In this document: in pieces, positions 40,255 through 52,772 of the stretch
How the letters are laid out: the number at the start of each line of letters is the position of its first letter
Position numbering within the stretch: position 1 is the first letter of the stretch
Source of the DNA: Eledone cirrhosa
Taxonomy: Eukaryota
Direction: 5' to 3'
Assembly: GCA_964016885.1 (NCBI GenBank)
Contig: OZ024740.1
Coordinates: 333,932,001-333,996,000 of the forward strand
Length of the DNA: 64,000 bases
Made by a program: the position numbers and the translations under genes
Notes under the pieces: generated by a model
The model's database searches: none
Told to the model about the DNA's origin: nothing
What the model saw: only the letters and a program-made list of their open reading frames with translations

Positions 40255-43200
40255 TTACAGATATATACTCAGAGTCGGCCCATTCACTCGGGCCATTCTT
40301 GCTTCTCTCACCCATCTTTCAACAAAATGCTGGGAAGAGAGCACTTCCTTCTCTACTCTGATTTTCCTTTTCAAATGAAATTTGAAAAAGTCAATCAGAG
40401 CATCACCGAAGAGGTAAGTGCTCGTCTTCAGCCCTTTCAAACGTGTCCACCATACTATCTCTTTCGCCATGGCCACCAGACAGATAAAAACTGCCTGCCC
40501 TTCCCGGCTAAAGGAGGAGGGCGGGGCAATCCTCACGATGGACTCAGATGATAGCTGGATCCGTCCTAAACGCGACAGCAGGTGTTCGACATAAACCCAT
40601 AAGTCAGCAATTTTCGGACACTGGACGAGTGCGTGCAGGACGGTTTCGTCGCCCTGCGCGCATCTCGGACATGCCCGGCTGACGGCACCTCCATGCCTGT
40701 AGAGTTTATCCCGAACTGGCAAGGCTCCTCGGTAGCACTGCCAGGCCAGAGATTTCTGGAAGTTGTCCATAGGCCCTGGCCCGAAAGTTCTTCCGAAGAG
40801 ATTGGCTAGTTGATTTTCGTCGACGCCTAGAGTTTCCCCAAGTACGTCGTCGCTCTTCCCCTCCACTAATCCTCTATAGAACGCCGAGGTGGAGTTTCCA
40901 CCGATCACATTGCCCGATTGGTCGAGGGCTGTGAGCGCCTGAAGACATTCCAGTCTCCAGGCGCTCCCTCTCGGTCTTCGCTTGACCCAGGACTGCAGCT
41001 CCGTCAAGGAAACGAGCTGGGGAAAAACGCGTCTAGCAAACGGCGACCACACCTGATCACCGTCGAGGAAGAGGTGGAGATGTCGTAGCCTGAGCGCGTG
41101 CCTGCGCATCATCAGCCACGGCATGCCCAGCCCTCCACGTAGCGGGTGTTGACAACAGATGGACCGCCTGACCATCGGAGCACGTCCCTTCCACAAAAAG
41201 CGAAAGAGCAAACGCTCCAGCGCAGTCAGGCGAGGCTTAGGACAAGGTACGACGGTTAGGCGGTAGCAGATGACAGACGCGATGTACGCGTTAGCCACCT
41301 CCGCTCGACCTTTCAGGGATAGCTTCCTCTCCGCCCATTTCTGGGTGAGAGAAGCCACCCTGCTCGTCACCTCGTCCCAGTTTTTGTCCGTCTGGAGGTC
41401 CGGACCGAACCAGACCCCTAGCAATTTAACCGGTCCGTCCGTCCAGCGCCCGACGACGCTGTTGGACGGCATGGACCTGCCTCTCCAGGTGCCGAGCTGC
41501 AGGCCCACTGACTTTTCCTGGTTGATCATTGCTCCTGTCACCGCTTCGTATTCTCTTAGTGTAGTGCCGATCGCCTCGATGTGTTTGGCGTTCGACACCA
41601 CTACGGTGACATCGTCCGCATATGCTGACACGGATCTTCCGCATCCTAGTTCGCGCGGGACCCCCCTCAACGTCTCCAGTTTGTGCAGTAATGGCTCGAG
41701 AGTCAATACGTACAAGAGGGACGAGAGGGGACATCCTTGGCGGACCGAGCGCATGATGTTGAACGGTTCCGACAGGTGACCGTTCACTCTCACCACAGAG
41801 CAGATGTCGCTGTGCATGGCAGCGATCCAGCCTCTGAAGACGGGCCCAAAGCCAGCCGCCCTCAGGACTGCCGCTAGGTAACGATGGTCGACCCTATCGA
41901 AAGCTTTCGACTGATCTAAATTGATCAAGGACCCACCCGTGCCAGGTTCCCTAGCTACCCTCTCTACGATGTATCGCATGAGGTGGAGGTTGTCGTGGAT
42001 GGATCTGTCGGGAATGGCGCATGTCTGCGCCTCTCCCACCAGACCACCAACGACAAGCGCCAACCTCTTTGCTAGCACCTTGGCCAAAATCTTAAACTCT
42101 GTGTTTAGCAGAGTTATGGGCCGGAAATTGTCTATGTTATCCCCCTTGTTCGGATCCTTTCTCAGCAGTGCCACCGCTCCTCGGCTCACAGAACTGGGAA
42201 TTCTCCCGTTCTGTTGCCAGTTGCAGTAGACGTCCGCCAAGAGGCCTCCGAACAAGTCTGGCATCTGTACGTAAAGTTCATAGGGCAGACCATCCAAACC
42301 AGGCGATTTACCCCTTGTGCAGCCAGTCATTGCCTCCCGTACTTCAGCGGCTGTTATCGGCTTTTCGCAACACCTCGCCTCAGTGGCCGAGAGCCGCGGC
42401 AGCCCGTCGAGGTAGACACTAAAGTCCATCCCTCTACCCGGCCCCCCGCTGCCCCCGAACAGCTGAGCGAAGTGTCGCTGAAAAGCTTCACACATTTGCC
42501 CGGGATCGAGTAGCATGCGCCCGTCGTGGTCCACCAAAGACCGGATCGTGGCTTTGTTGCCACGACGCGCCTCCGCCACTCGGGCCCATTGAACGGCTTT
42601 CGTCCCCTCGTGTCTGAGAGCACGCACCCTAGCTCTGACAACGCAGCCTTCGTGCTTTGCATTGAAGAATTGGTCAAGGGCCAATTTCGCCGCAAGCACG
42701 TCGGTCGCAATGCCTTTGCTAAGCGCCTCGTCTAATTTTCTAACTAGTTCTCCCTCTGCTCTATTTTTCTCTATTGCTAAAGCCTTACTAAACCTAATCG
42801 ATTCTATTCTAATCGCTCTTTTCAGAGCAAACCACCACTTGTTGTTGACGATGGCCCCCGTCAACGCCCGCTTAACTAGTTCGCTAATCCGGTCTCTGTA
42901 GGCCTTGCGCGCTGGTAAGGACGCGTTTAGCTTCCAGTAGCCGGGTCCTCGTCTATGAAGCCTATCTAAGTCAAGCACACAGATCACGAATTTGTGGTCC
43001 GTGTAGCTGACTATCTTGAATTGTGGACAGCCTATGCTAGACCTATCTATTTCCCTACAAAATACTCTATCTAGATATGATCTGGATGACCCTATGCGGT
43101 TTGTCCAAGTCCACATTGGCACATTCGGGAAATCCAATCGGTACCTGTCAGACAGTTCAAAACGCCTGAGCAGGTTGGTGAGGCTCTTGCACCCTCCACC

Positions 43201-43674
43201 CCTATCCGCTAATCCCACACAGTCCCAGCGTGCATCTAAGATCCCGTTCCAGTCGCCCACTAACACTAAAGAGCGCGACGTTCCAAGAAAGGTCTCCAGA
43301 CGCCGGAAGAAATCAGGCCGCCCTGCTCCTGTCGGGGCATAGACGGCCACTAGCCTGAAAGCTTGCCCGTCTCCGCTGGTCACGTCCAGCACCACCAGCT
43401 TACCCTCTGGGTCCAGGAAGATGGCCCGTATGGCGAGATCCAAACCTCTCCGAAAAAGCACAGCAACTCCTCCACCCGATCCAGGACGGCTGGGAGATGC
43501 GTACACATCGTAGCCGCCGAAGATCGGTGCGAAGGCCCGTGCTTCGGAGATTCTGGTCTCGCTGATGGCCACTACATCTATGTTTAGTGACCTGAGGTCG
43601 TTGAGCAGGTGACCCTGCTTCCATGACGACCCCAAGCCACGCGCATTTATGCTGCCTATTCTGAGTGAGGTCAT
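40255..43674 (-). CDS. LINE ORF2p: AP-endonuclease, reverse transcriptase, C-terminal zinc-binding domain (1139 aa, intact)
   Basis: SINARGL, ISETR, VYAP, GDWN, YLDRVF, TDHK (APE); GKSPGLDG, FRPITLLN, LDQSKAFDRVDH, VRQGCPLS, AYADDV (RT); CPRC..ETVLHALVQC. Confidence 0.95.
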   Translation of the reverse strand: MTSLRIGSINARGLGSSWKQGHLLNDLRSLNIDVVAISETRISEARAFAPIFGGYDVYASPSRPGSGGGVAVLFRRGLDLAIRAIFLDPEGKLVVLDVTSGDGQAFRLVAVYAPTGAGRPDFFRRLETFLGTSRSLVLVGDWNGILDARWDCVGLADRGGGCKSLTNLLRRFELSDRYRLDFPNVPMWTWTNRIGSSRSYLDRVFCREIDRSSIGCPQFKIVSYTDHKFVICVLDLDRLHRRGPGYWKLNASLPARKAYRDRISELVKRALTGAIVNNKWWFALKRAIRIESIRFSKALAIEKNRAEGELVRKLDEALSKGIATDVLAAKLALDQFFNAKHEGCVVRARVRALRHEGTKAVQWARVAEARRGNKATIRSLVDHDGRMLLDPGQMCEAFQRHFAQLFGGSGGPGRGMDFSVYLDGLPRLSATEARCCEKPITAAEVREAMTGCTRGKSPGLDGLPYELYVQMPDLFGGLLADVYCNWQQNGRIPSSVSRGAVALLRKDPNKGDNIDNFRPITLLNTEFKILAKVLAKRLALVVGGLVGEAQTCAIPDRSIHDNLHLMRYIVERVAREPGTGGSLINLDQSKAFDRVDHRYLAAVLRAAGFGPVFRGWIAAMHSDICSVVRVNGHLSEPFNIMRSVRQGCPLSSLLYVLTLEPLLHKLETLRGVPRELGCGRSVSAYADDVTVVVSNAKHIEAIGTTLREYEAVTGAMINQEKSVGLQLGTWRGRSMPSNSVVGRWTDGPVKLLGVWFGPDLQTDKNWDEVTSRVASLTQKWAERKLSLKGRAEVANAYIASVICYRLTVVPCPKPRLTALERLLFRFLWKGRAPMVRRSICCQHPLRGGLGMPWLMMRRHALRLRHLHLFLDGDQVWSPFARRVFPQLVSLTELQSWVKRRPRGSAWRLECLQALTALDQSGNVIGGNSTSAFYRGLVEGKSDDVLGETLGVDENQLANLFGRTFGPGPMDNFQKSLAWQCYRGALPVRDKLYRHGGAVSRACPRCAQGDETVLHALVQCPKIADLWVYVEHLLSRLGRIQLSSESIVRIAPPSSFSREGQAVFICLVAMAKEIVWWTRLKGLKTSTYLFGDALIDFFKFHLKRKIRVEKEVLSSQHFVERWVREARMARVNGPTLSIYL

Positions 43675-43709
43675 GTTTAAAATAGAGTGGAAAAGATGGG
43701 AAAGACCAC

Positions 43710-45811
43710 TTACCGTATTTTTGGTAGAGGAGGGATGGTTTTTACATCCCTTTTCACTTGATCGTCTGGTGAAGGGACCGTTGAATCGTCCCTTCGGCTG
43801 GTCGTCGGCTCTTCTAAGAGAATGTCTGAATATACTCTTCGATTAATGGTTCCTCCTAGGTCCCTGAAATCACCAACTGCGTTGGGGAATTTCGTTTTAA
43901 TGTTTGTGTATTGTTTCTGTGCTATTTTTAGCAGTCTTATGTTAGTTGGCGTTTTGATTGGTGCTGGTATTATGTAGTCCTGTTGTGAAATGTCTGTGTG
44001 TTCAATTATGTAAGTCATTAGTTTCTTGTTGTGTGTGTTTATTGCCGTGCATTTGTTTTTCTGGGGGTGGGGTGTGGTTCTGCTATTTTCTTGTCGTTGT
44101 TGCTGGGTGTGTGTGTTTTGTTGTTGTGTTTGCGATGTTGGTGCTTGTGGTGGTGGTGTTGAAGGTGTTGTTGGCGGTGGGGTTGTCGCTGGTGGTGATG
44201 GTGGTGCTGGTGTGGGTGGTGATGGTGTTGGTGGTGTTGCTGCTGTGGGTCTCTTTGCAGTAGACTTTACCCTTTTCTCATTTCTTTCCTCCCTTTTCAA
44301 AGGCGACGATGCGCTGCTTCTGCGTTTGTGCCTTCTTGAGACCTTTTGCCATCCCTCTCCCACCTCACACTCCATGTCTGATTCTGTAAGGTCGGGGAGG
44401 GGTACCAGCTCCACTCTTTCACTTGTTGTTGTTGGTGATGTTTGCACTGGAGTCTCTGTTGCAGCTGCATTTGGTATTGCTGTTGTTGTTGTTAATATTT
44501 CCACTGCTGCTGCTGTCTTTGATTTCCGTGGAGTGGGTATGGGTGCCACGGACCTATCGTTCCTGGTTGCCGCTTGTCCTGTTGCTGGTAGCCGTGGAAC
44601 CGGATTCGGGAGGAGGGGGGTTTTCTCCTTTCTCAGGGTCTTCTCGTTGCAGAAGGCCCTGAGGTGAGTCTTCGATCCACAGCGAAAGCATTTCGGGCGT
44701 TTGCCCTCAACACTTATGGGCAGTTGAGTGCCGTTATCGAAGTCTATCACATCCGGGATAGCTTCGATGCACTCCTGGTTGGTTTGGATTAGCATCTCAA
44801 TGGAGGAGCCGACCCAATCTTCTCTTACTTTTTTCTGTACTTGCAGTACAGTTGTTTTGTCCTCGATTCCGACGAGGACAGACGCGGCCAGCCAAGAAGG
44901 GGTCATTCCGGGGGGGGACGTGGGTCAGTTTGACCCTCACAATTTTTTGCCCGCAGTAGGAGGGCACCAACACCATTTCCTCGCTCCTTAGGGTCACTAC
45001 TGATTGGGCCTTTGCCTCCTGGGGTGTGGCAAAAAGTACGTCTACGGTGGCGTATTTTTTGCCTCGGGTGATGTGCGTTTTCCTCTGCCACACAGACCCC
45101 AAGGCTTTTTGTATTTGGGCCTCTGTGGCTCTTTCCACCCTACGGGATTTTGTACTTACTGTACGGTACGTGACCGTACAGTGCTCTTGGGTTTCGAAAA
45201 AATTTTTCGCTGCCTTGCAGATTGCTCGGTGTCCGTTCTTTGTCACCATCTTCTTCGCTTCCTCTAATTCCTCATTTGTTATGAGGATTGTTTCCAGGTT
45301 TTTCGCAATACCTGCAAATGAGATTGGTTTTTCTCTGCTGTTGTTGTTGTCGTCAGAGCTGCTGGTACTTTTGTTGTTGCTGCAGGTACTACGACTACTG
45401 CCTTCGCCGCTGTTGCTGTGGTTGTTGTTGGTGTTGCTGCTGCTAATGCTGTTGTTGTTTATGCTGCTGGTGATGCTGTTGCGGCTGCTACTGTTGTTTT
45501 CATTGTCACTGTTGCTGTTGTTATTACGGCTGCTACTGCTATTATTCCTGACGTCAGACGAATGAACTGGGTTTTCGTATTTCCCGCACACCTGTTTCGT
45601 CGCTGTCGTCGTCGTCGTGGAGAAACCTTGCACGCTTTGCACGAGACTTTTCTTTTCTTTCGTCGCTTGCGAAAGAGAAGGTAGGGAGAGAGACACATTT
45701 AAAGAAGGGAGGGAGAGAGACAATCTTCTCTCTCCTGTAGTGATGATTGAGGAAGAAGAAGACGGAATGAGTGGGAGTGACGTATGAAATTTTTTTTTTT
45801 TTGGTAGCCAT
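43710..45811 (-). CDS. LINE ORF1p (about 699 aa if two single-base homopolymer insertions are removed)
   Basis: ATG at 45811 (MATKK..FHTSLPLIP, in frame in copy 2), N/S-rich region, conserved core, CFRCGSKTHLRAFC knuckle, P/T-rich tail. Breaks fall at T13 (45790-45802) and G8 (44910-44917). Confidence 0.75.
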
Positions 45812-46042
45812 GTTTTTTTGTTTAAAATGAAATTTTGGGTACAAAACCCCAATAACTGGCTATTTAACCCCGAAGGGCCAAATAACGGACAGAAAGACCC
45901 CTCTCACGAGGAGGAGGGTGTCTTTATCAACAATTTGGTTCAAGTTTTAAACAATTTACAATTGTTTTAACGGTTAAAAATTACTATACCTTACAGAGCC
46001 GAGCCTCCGTCAACCATGGCATTCAATAATAATAATAATAAT

Positions 46043-46158
46043 AATTGTTTCTACTTTAGGCACAATGCCAGCAATAACCCAGTGCATTACTGATACTTTA
46101 TTTTATCGACCCCGTAAGGATGAAAGGCAAAGTCAACCTCGGCGGGATTTGAACTCAG
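46043..46158 (-). mobile_element. 5'-truncated SINE between the two Tx1-like copies
   Basis: SINE B box to tail, flanked by (TAA)n on both sides, same orientation as the Tx1-like LINEs. Confidence 0.85.
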
Positions 46159-46173
46159 TATAATAATAATAAT

Positions 46174-49100
46174 GCTTTCTTTATTAACCACAAGGGTTTA
46201 CATAAAGTAGACATTAAGGACAGTACAGGAAAATACAGGACGGCACAAATGGGCATTTCTGCGTGTAATAAACTAGAAACAGAGGATGTAATAATAGAAC
46301 AATGAAAAAATTCCCCAATAGGGGGGAGACTTCAGAGGGACATTCGTGGAGAAAGCCCATTAAAAAGCCACAGTGACCATGACCACCAGGGCAAGTGCCC
46401 TCTCCCAGTTTTCCACCTTTAATTTACAGATACATACTCAGAGTAGGCCCATTCACTCGGCCCATTCTTGCTTCTCTCACCCATCTTTCAACAAAATGCT
46501 GGGAAGAGAGCACTTCCCTCTCTACCCTGATTTTCCTTTTCAAGTGAAATTAGAAAAAGTTAATCAGGGCATAACCGAAGAGGTAAGTGCTCGTCTTCAG
46601 CTCTTTCAAACGTGTCCACCATACTATCTCTTTCGCCATGGCCACCAGACAGATAAAAACTGCCTGCCCTTCCCGGCTAAAGGAAGAGGGCGGGGCAATC
46701 TTCACGATGGACTCAGCTGATAGCTGGATCCGTCCTACACGCGACAGCAGGTGTTCGACATAAACCCACAAGTCAACAATGCTCGGACACTGGACGAGTG
46801 CGTGCAGGACGGTTTCGTCGCCCTGCGCGCATCTCGGACATGCCCGGCTGATGGCACCTCCATGCCTGTAGAGTTTATCCCGAACTGGCAAAGCTCCTCG
46901 GTAGCACTGCCAGGCCAGGGATTTCTGGAAGTTGTCTATAGGCCCCGGCCCGAAAGTTCTTCCGAAGAGATTGGCTAGTTGATGTTCGTCGACGCCTAGA
47001 GTTTCCCCAAGGACGTCGTCGCTCTTACCCTCCACTTATCCTCTATAGAACGCCAAGTTGGAGTTTCCACCGATCACATTGCCCGATTGGTAGAAGGCTG
47101 TGAGCGCCTGAAGACATTCCAGTCTCCAAGCGCTCCTTCTCGGTCTTCTCTTGACCCAGGACTGCAGCTCCGTCAAAGAGCCGAGCTGGGGAAAGACGCG
47201 TCTAGCAAACGGCGACCACACCTGATCACCGTCGAGGAAGAGGTGGAGATGTCGTAGCCTGAGCGCGTGTCTGCGCATCATCAGCCACGGCATTCCGAGC
47301 CCTCCACGTAGCGGGTGTTGACAGCAGATGGACCGCCTGACCATCGGAGCGTGTCCCTTCCTCAAAAAGCGAAAGAGCAAACGTTCCAGCGCAGTCATGC
47401 GGGGCTTAGGCCAAGGTACGACGGTCAGGCGGTAGTAGATGACGGACGCGATATACGCGTTAGCCACCTCCGCTCGACCTTTCAGGTATAGCTTCATCTC
47501 GGCCCATTTCTGGGTGAGAGAAGCCACCCTGTTCGTCACCTCGTCCCAGTTTTTGTCCGTCTGGAGATCCGGACCGAACCAGACCCCGAGCAATTTAACC
47601 GGTCCGTCCGTCCAGCGCCCGACGACGCTGATGGACGGCATGGACCTGCCTCTCCAGGTGCCGAGCTGCAGGCCCACTGACTTTTCCTGTTTGATCATTG
47701 TTCCTGTCATCTCTTCGTATTCTCTTAGTGTAGTGCCGATCGAATCGATATGTTTGGTGTTCGACACCACTACGGTGACATCGTCCGCATATGCTGACAC
47801 GTATCATCCGCATCCTAAACCGCGCGGGACGCCCCTCAACGTCTCCAGTTTGTGCAGTAATGGCTCGAGAGTCAATGCGTACAAGAGTGACGAGAGGGGA
47901 CATCCTTGGCGGACCGAGCCCATGATGTTCAACGGTTCCGAAAGGTGACCGTTCAGTCTCACCACAGAGCAGATGTCGCTGTGTATGGCAGCGATCCAGC
48001 CTCTGAAGACGGGCCCAAACCAGCCGCCCTCACGACAGCCGCTAGGTAATGATGGTCGACCCTATCGAAAGCTTTCGACTGATCTAAATTGATAAAGGAC
48101 CCACCCGTGACAGGTTACCTAGCTACCCTCTCTACGATGTATCGCATGAGGTGGAGGTTGTCGTGGATGGATCTGTCGGGAATGGCGCATGTCTGCGCCT
48201 CTCCCACCAGACCACCAACGACAAGCGCCAACCTCGTTGCTAGCACCTTGCCCGAAATGTTGAGCTCTGTGTTTAGCAGAGTTATGGCCCTGAAATGATC
48301 TATGTTATCCCCCTTGCTCGGATCCTTTCTCAGCAGCGCCACCGCTCCTCGGCTCACAGAGCTGGGATTCTCCCGTTCTGTTGCAGTAGACGTCCGCCAA
48401 GAGGCCTCCGAACAAGTCTGGCATTTGTACGTAAAGTTCATAGGGCAGACCATCCAAACCAGGCGATTTACCCCTTGTGCAGTATGCCTCCCGTACTTCA
48501 GCGGCTGTTATCGGCTTTTCCCAACACTCCGCCTCTGTGGCCGAGAGCCGCAGCAGTCCGTCGAGGTAGACACTAAAGTCCATCCCTCGAACCGGCCCGC
48601 CGCTGCTCCCGAACAGTTGAGCGATGTGTCGCTGAAAAGCTTCACACATTTGCCCGGGATCGAGTAGCATGCGCCCGTCGTGGTCCACCAAAGACCGGAT
48701 CCTGGCTTTGTTACCACGACGCGCCTCCGCCACTCGGGCCCATTGAACGGCTTTCGACCCGTCGTGTCTGAGAGCACGCACCCTAGCTCTGACAACGCAG
48801 CCTTCGTGCTTTGCATTGAAGAATTGGTCAAGGGCCAATTTCACCGCAAGTACGTCGGTCGCGATGCCTTTGATAAGCGCCTCGTCTAATGTTCTAACTA
48901 ATTCTTCCTCTGCTCTATTTTTCTCTATAGCTAAAGCCTTACTAAACCTAATGGACTCTATTCTAATCGCTCTTTTCAGAGCAAACCACCACTTCTTGTT
49001 GACGATGGCCTCCGTCAACGCTCGCTTAACTAGTTCGCTAATCCGGTCTCTGTAGGCCTTGCGCGCTGGTAAGGACGCGTTTAGCTTCCAGTAGCCGGGT

Positions 49101-52100
49101 CCTCGTCTATGAAGCCTATCTAAGTCAAGCACACACATCCCACATTTGTGGTCCGTGTAGCTGACTATCTTGAATTGTGCACAGCTTATGCTAAACCTAT
49201 CTATTTCCCTACAAAATACTCTATCTAGATATGATCTGGATGACCCGATGCGATTTGTCCACATTGGCACATTCGGGTAATCCAATCGGTACCTGTCGGA
49301 CAGTTCAATACGCCTGAGCAGGTTGGTGAGGCTCTTGCACCCTCATACCCTATCCGCTAATTCCACACAGTCCCAGCGTGCATCTAAGATCCCGTTCCTG
49401 TCGCCCACTAACACTAAAGAGCGGGACGTTCCTAGAAAGGTCTCCAGACGCCGGAAGAAATCAGACCGCCCTGCTCCTGTCGGGGCATAGATGGCCACTA
49501 GCCCGAAAGCTTGCCCTTCTCCGCTGGTCACGTCCAGCAGCACCAACTTACCTTCTGGGTCCAGGAAGATGGCCCGTATGGCGAGATTCAAACCTCTCCG
49601 AAAAAGCACAGCAACTACTCCCCCTGATCCAGGACGGCTGGGAGATGCGTACACATCGTAGCCGCCGAAGATCGGTGCGAAGGCCCGTGCTTCGGAGATT
49701 CTGGTCTCACTGATGGCCACTACATCTATGTTTAGTGACCTGAGATCGTTGAGCAGGTTGCCCTGGTTCCATGACGACCCCAAACCATGCGCATTTATGC
49801 TGCCTATTCTGAGTTAGGTCATGTTGAAATGGGGTGGAAAAGATGGGAAAGACCACTTACCTTACTTCTCGCAGAGGAAGGATGGTTTCTCCATCCCTTT
49901 TCACTTGATCGTCTGGTGAAGGGACTGTTGAATCGTCTTTTCGGCTGGTCGTCGGCTCTTTTATGAGTATGTCCGAATATACTCTCCGGTTAAGAGTCCC
50001 CCCTAGGTCTCTGAAATCACCAACTGCGTTGGGGAATTTCATTTTAATGTTTGTGTATTGCTTCTATGTAATTCTTACCAGTCTTATGTTCGTTGGTGTT
50101 TTCATTGGCGGTGATATTATGTAGTCGTGTTGTGAAATGTCTGTGTGTTCAAGTATGTAAGTTATTAGTTTCTTGTGTGTATTTATTGCTGTGCATTTGT
50201 TTTTCTGGGGTGGGGTGTGGTTCTGCTATTTTCTTGTCGTTGTTGCTGGGTGTGTGTGTTTTGTTGTGTTTGCTATGTTGGTGCTTGTGGTGGTGGTGTT
50301 GAAGGTGTTGTTGGCGGTAGAGTTGCCGCCGGTGGTGATGGTGGTGCTATTGTGGGTGGTGATGGTGTTGGTGTTGTTGCTGCTGTAAGTCTTTTTGCAG
50401 TAGCCTTTACCCTTTTTTCGTTTCTTTCCTCCCTTTTCGTAGGCGACGATGCGCTGTTTCTGCGTTTGTGCCTTCTTGCGACCTTTTGCCATCCCTCTCC
50501 CACCTCACACTCCATGTCCGATGTTGTGAGGTCGAGGTGGGGTACCAGCTCCACTCTTTCGCTTGTTGTTTTTGGTGATGTTTGCGGTGGAGTCTCTGTT
50601 GCAGCTGCAGTTGGTATTGCTGTTGCTGTTGTTGTTGTTAATACTTCCACTGCTGCTGATGTTCTTGATTTCCGTGGCGTGGGTATGGGTGCCACGGACC
50701 TATCCTTCCTGGTTGCCGCCTGTCTTATTGCTGGTAGCAGTGGAGCCGGTTTCGGAATGAGGGGGGTTTTCTCCTTTCTCAGGGTCTTCTCATTGCAGAA
50801 GCCCCTGAGGTGAGTCTTCGATCCACAGCGAAAGCATTTCGGTCGTTTGTCCTCAACACTTATGATCAACTTAGTGCCGTTATCGAAGTGTATCACATCC
50901 GGGATAGCTACGATGCATTCCTGGTTGGTTTGGATTAACATCTCAATGGATGTGCCGACCCAATCATCTCGTACTCTTTTCTGTACTTGCAGTACGATTG
51001 TTTTGTCCTCGATTCCGACGAGAACAGACGCGGCACGCCAAGAAGGGGCCATCCCGGGTGGGACGTGGGTCAGTTTGACCCTCACAATTTTTTGTCCGCA
51101 GTAGGAGGGCACCAACACCATTTCCTCGCTCCTTAGTGTCACTAAGGATTGAGCGTTTGCCTCCTGGGGTGTGGCAAAAAGCACGTCCACGGTGGCATAT
51201 TTCTTGCCTCGGGTGATATGCGTTTTCCGCTGCCACATTTACCCTAAGGCTTTTTTTATATTTGAGCCTCTGTGGCTCTTTCAACCTTACGGGATTTTGT
51301 GTTTACTGTACGGTACGTGACCGTACAGTACTGTTGGGTTTCGAAAAATGTTTCGACTGCCTTGCAGATTGCTCGGTGTCCAGTTTTCGTCGCCATCTTC
51401 TTTGATTCCTGTAATTCCTCATTTGTTATAAGGAAGGTTTCCAGGTTCTTTGCGATACCTGCAAACGAGATTGGTTTTTCTTTGTTGTTGTTGTTGTTGT
51501 CGTCGTCAGAGCTGCTGTTACTTTTGTTGTTGCTGCTGGTACTACGACTGCCGCCGCCGCTGTTGCTGTGGTTGTTGTTGCTGTTGCTGCTGCTCCTGTT
51601 GTTGTTTATGCTGCTGCTGATGCTGTTGCGGCTGCTACTGTTGTTTTCCTTGTCACTGTTGCTGCTGCTGCTATTATTACGGCTGCTACTGCTATTATTC
51701 ATGACGTCAGACGAATGAAATGGCTTTCCGTATTTACCGCACACATTTTTCGTCGTTGTCGTCGTGGTGGAGAAATATTCCACGTTTTGCACGTGATTTT
51801 GGAAACTATTTTTTTTCTTTACTGGTGTCGCTTGCGAAAGAGAAGGGAGGGAGAGAGACAATCTTCTCCCTGGGTGTGACGATTGAGGAAGAAGAAGACG
51901 GAATGAGTGGGAGTGACTTGTGAAAATTCTTTTTTGTAGCCATGTTTTTTTGAGTTTAAAATATATATTGGGCACAAAACCCCAATAAGCGGTTATTTAA
52001 CACAGAAGGGCCAAATAACGGACAGAAAGACCCCTCTCACGAGGAGGAGGGTGTTTTTGTCTACAATTTGGTTAAAGTTTTACACAATTTACAATTGTTA

Positions 52101-52157
52101 TAGCGGTTAAAATGTACTATACCTTACAGAGCCGAGCCTCCGTCAACCATGGCATTC
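46174..52157 (-). mobile_element. Full-length L1/Tx1-clade LINE (copy 2), degenerate
   Basis: Colinear with copy 1 over its entire length; ORF1 and ORF2 are split by many stops and frameshifts (ORF track 46550-51975). Confidence 0.9.
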
Positions 52158-52193
<36 letters not shown>

Positions 52194-52772
52194 TAAACAC
52201 CTAGCCCAGACTCACTATAAAGGCTGGAGACATGATGTGATGTGCAGGGTGATCCACTGGCACCTATGCAAAGTGAACAACTTACCACATTCTGAGAATT
52301 GGTATGAACATAAGCCAGTGTCGGTGATAGAAAACGATCAGGTGAAGGTGCTGTGGGATTTTAGGATACAGACGGACAAGAAACTGGAACACAATAGACC
52401 TGACCTGGTGGTTTTGGACCAGGAAAAAAAATCGTGCCTGATTGTGGATGTGGCCTGCCCATTCGACACGAGAGTTCAAGAGAAGGAGAGAGAGGAAATT
52501 AACCGTTACCCGGACTTAAAGTGGGAGGTAAAAAGGATTTGGAACTGCCACGAAGTCAAAGTGGTCCCGATTGTCTTAGGCGCACTAGATACGAGGATGG
52601 TTAACGAAAATTGGCCCCGCCACGCTGTTTGGAACGCTTCAAAAGGCATGCTTGCTGGGAACAGCAAGAACCCTCCGATACGTCCTGAATATCTGAGGCT
52701 GCAGGTAGTGGCTTGATATTCATTTTAACAAACTTTCCAGTTAACTAACATCAATGACTGAGACTCAAAGAA
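52194..52772 (+). mobile_element. 5'-truncated 3' end of the second Dong-type family
   Basis: Homologous to ~39335-39928 (RLE: NRPDLVVLD, DVACPFD); flanked by TAA repeats. Confidence 0.85.

Larger units (their letters stand above)
39991..46024 (-). mobile_element. Full-length L1/Tx1-clade LINE (copy 1), flanked by (ATT)n on both ends
   Basis: 5' UTR, ORF1 with CCHC knuckle, ORF2 APE-RT, 3' UTR ending aataaagaaatc(att)n. Termini are near-identical in copy 2. Confidence 0.9.

Noticed and set aside
41270-51879. Many plus-strand ORFs of 100-210 aa
   Set aside because: Antisense shadows of the GC-rich LINE ORFs with no domain motifs.
39991-52157. Two Tx1-like copies as an assembly duplication
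   Set aside because: The copies differ by many substitutions and indels and are separated by a SINE, so they are more likely independent insertions.
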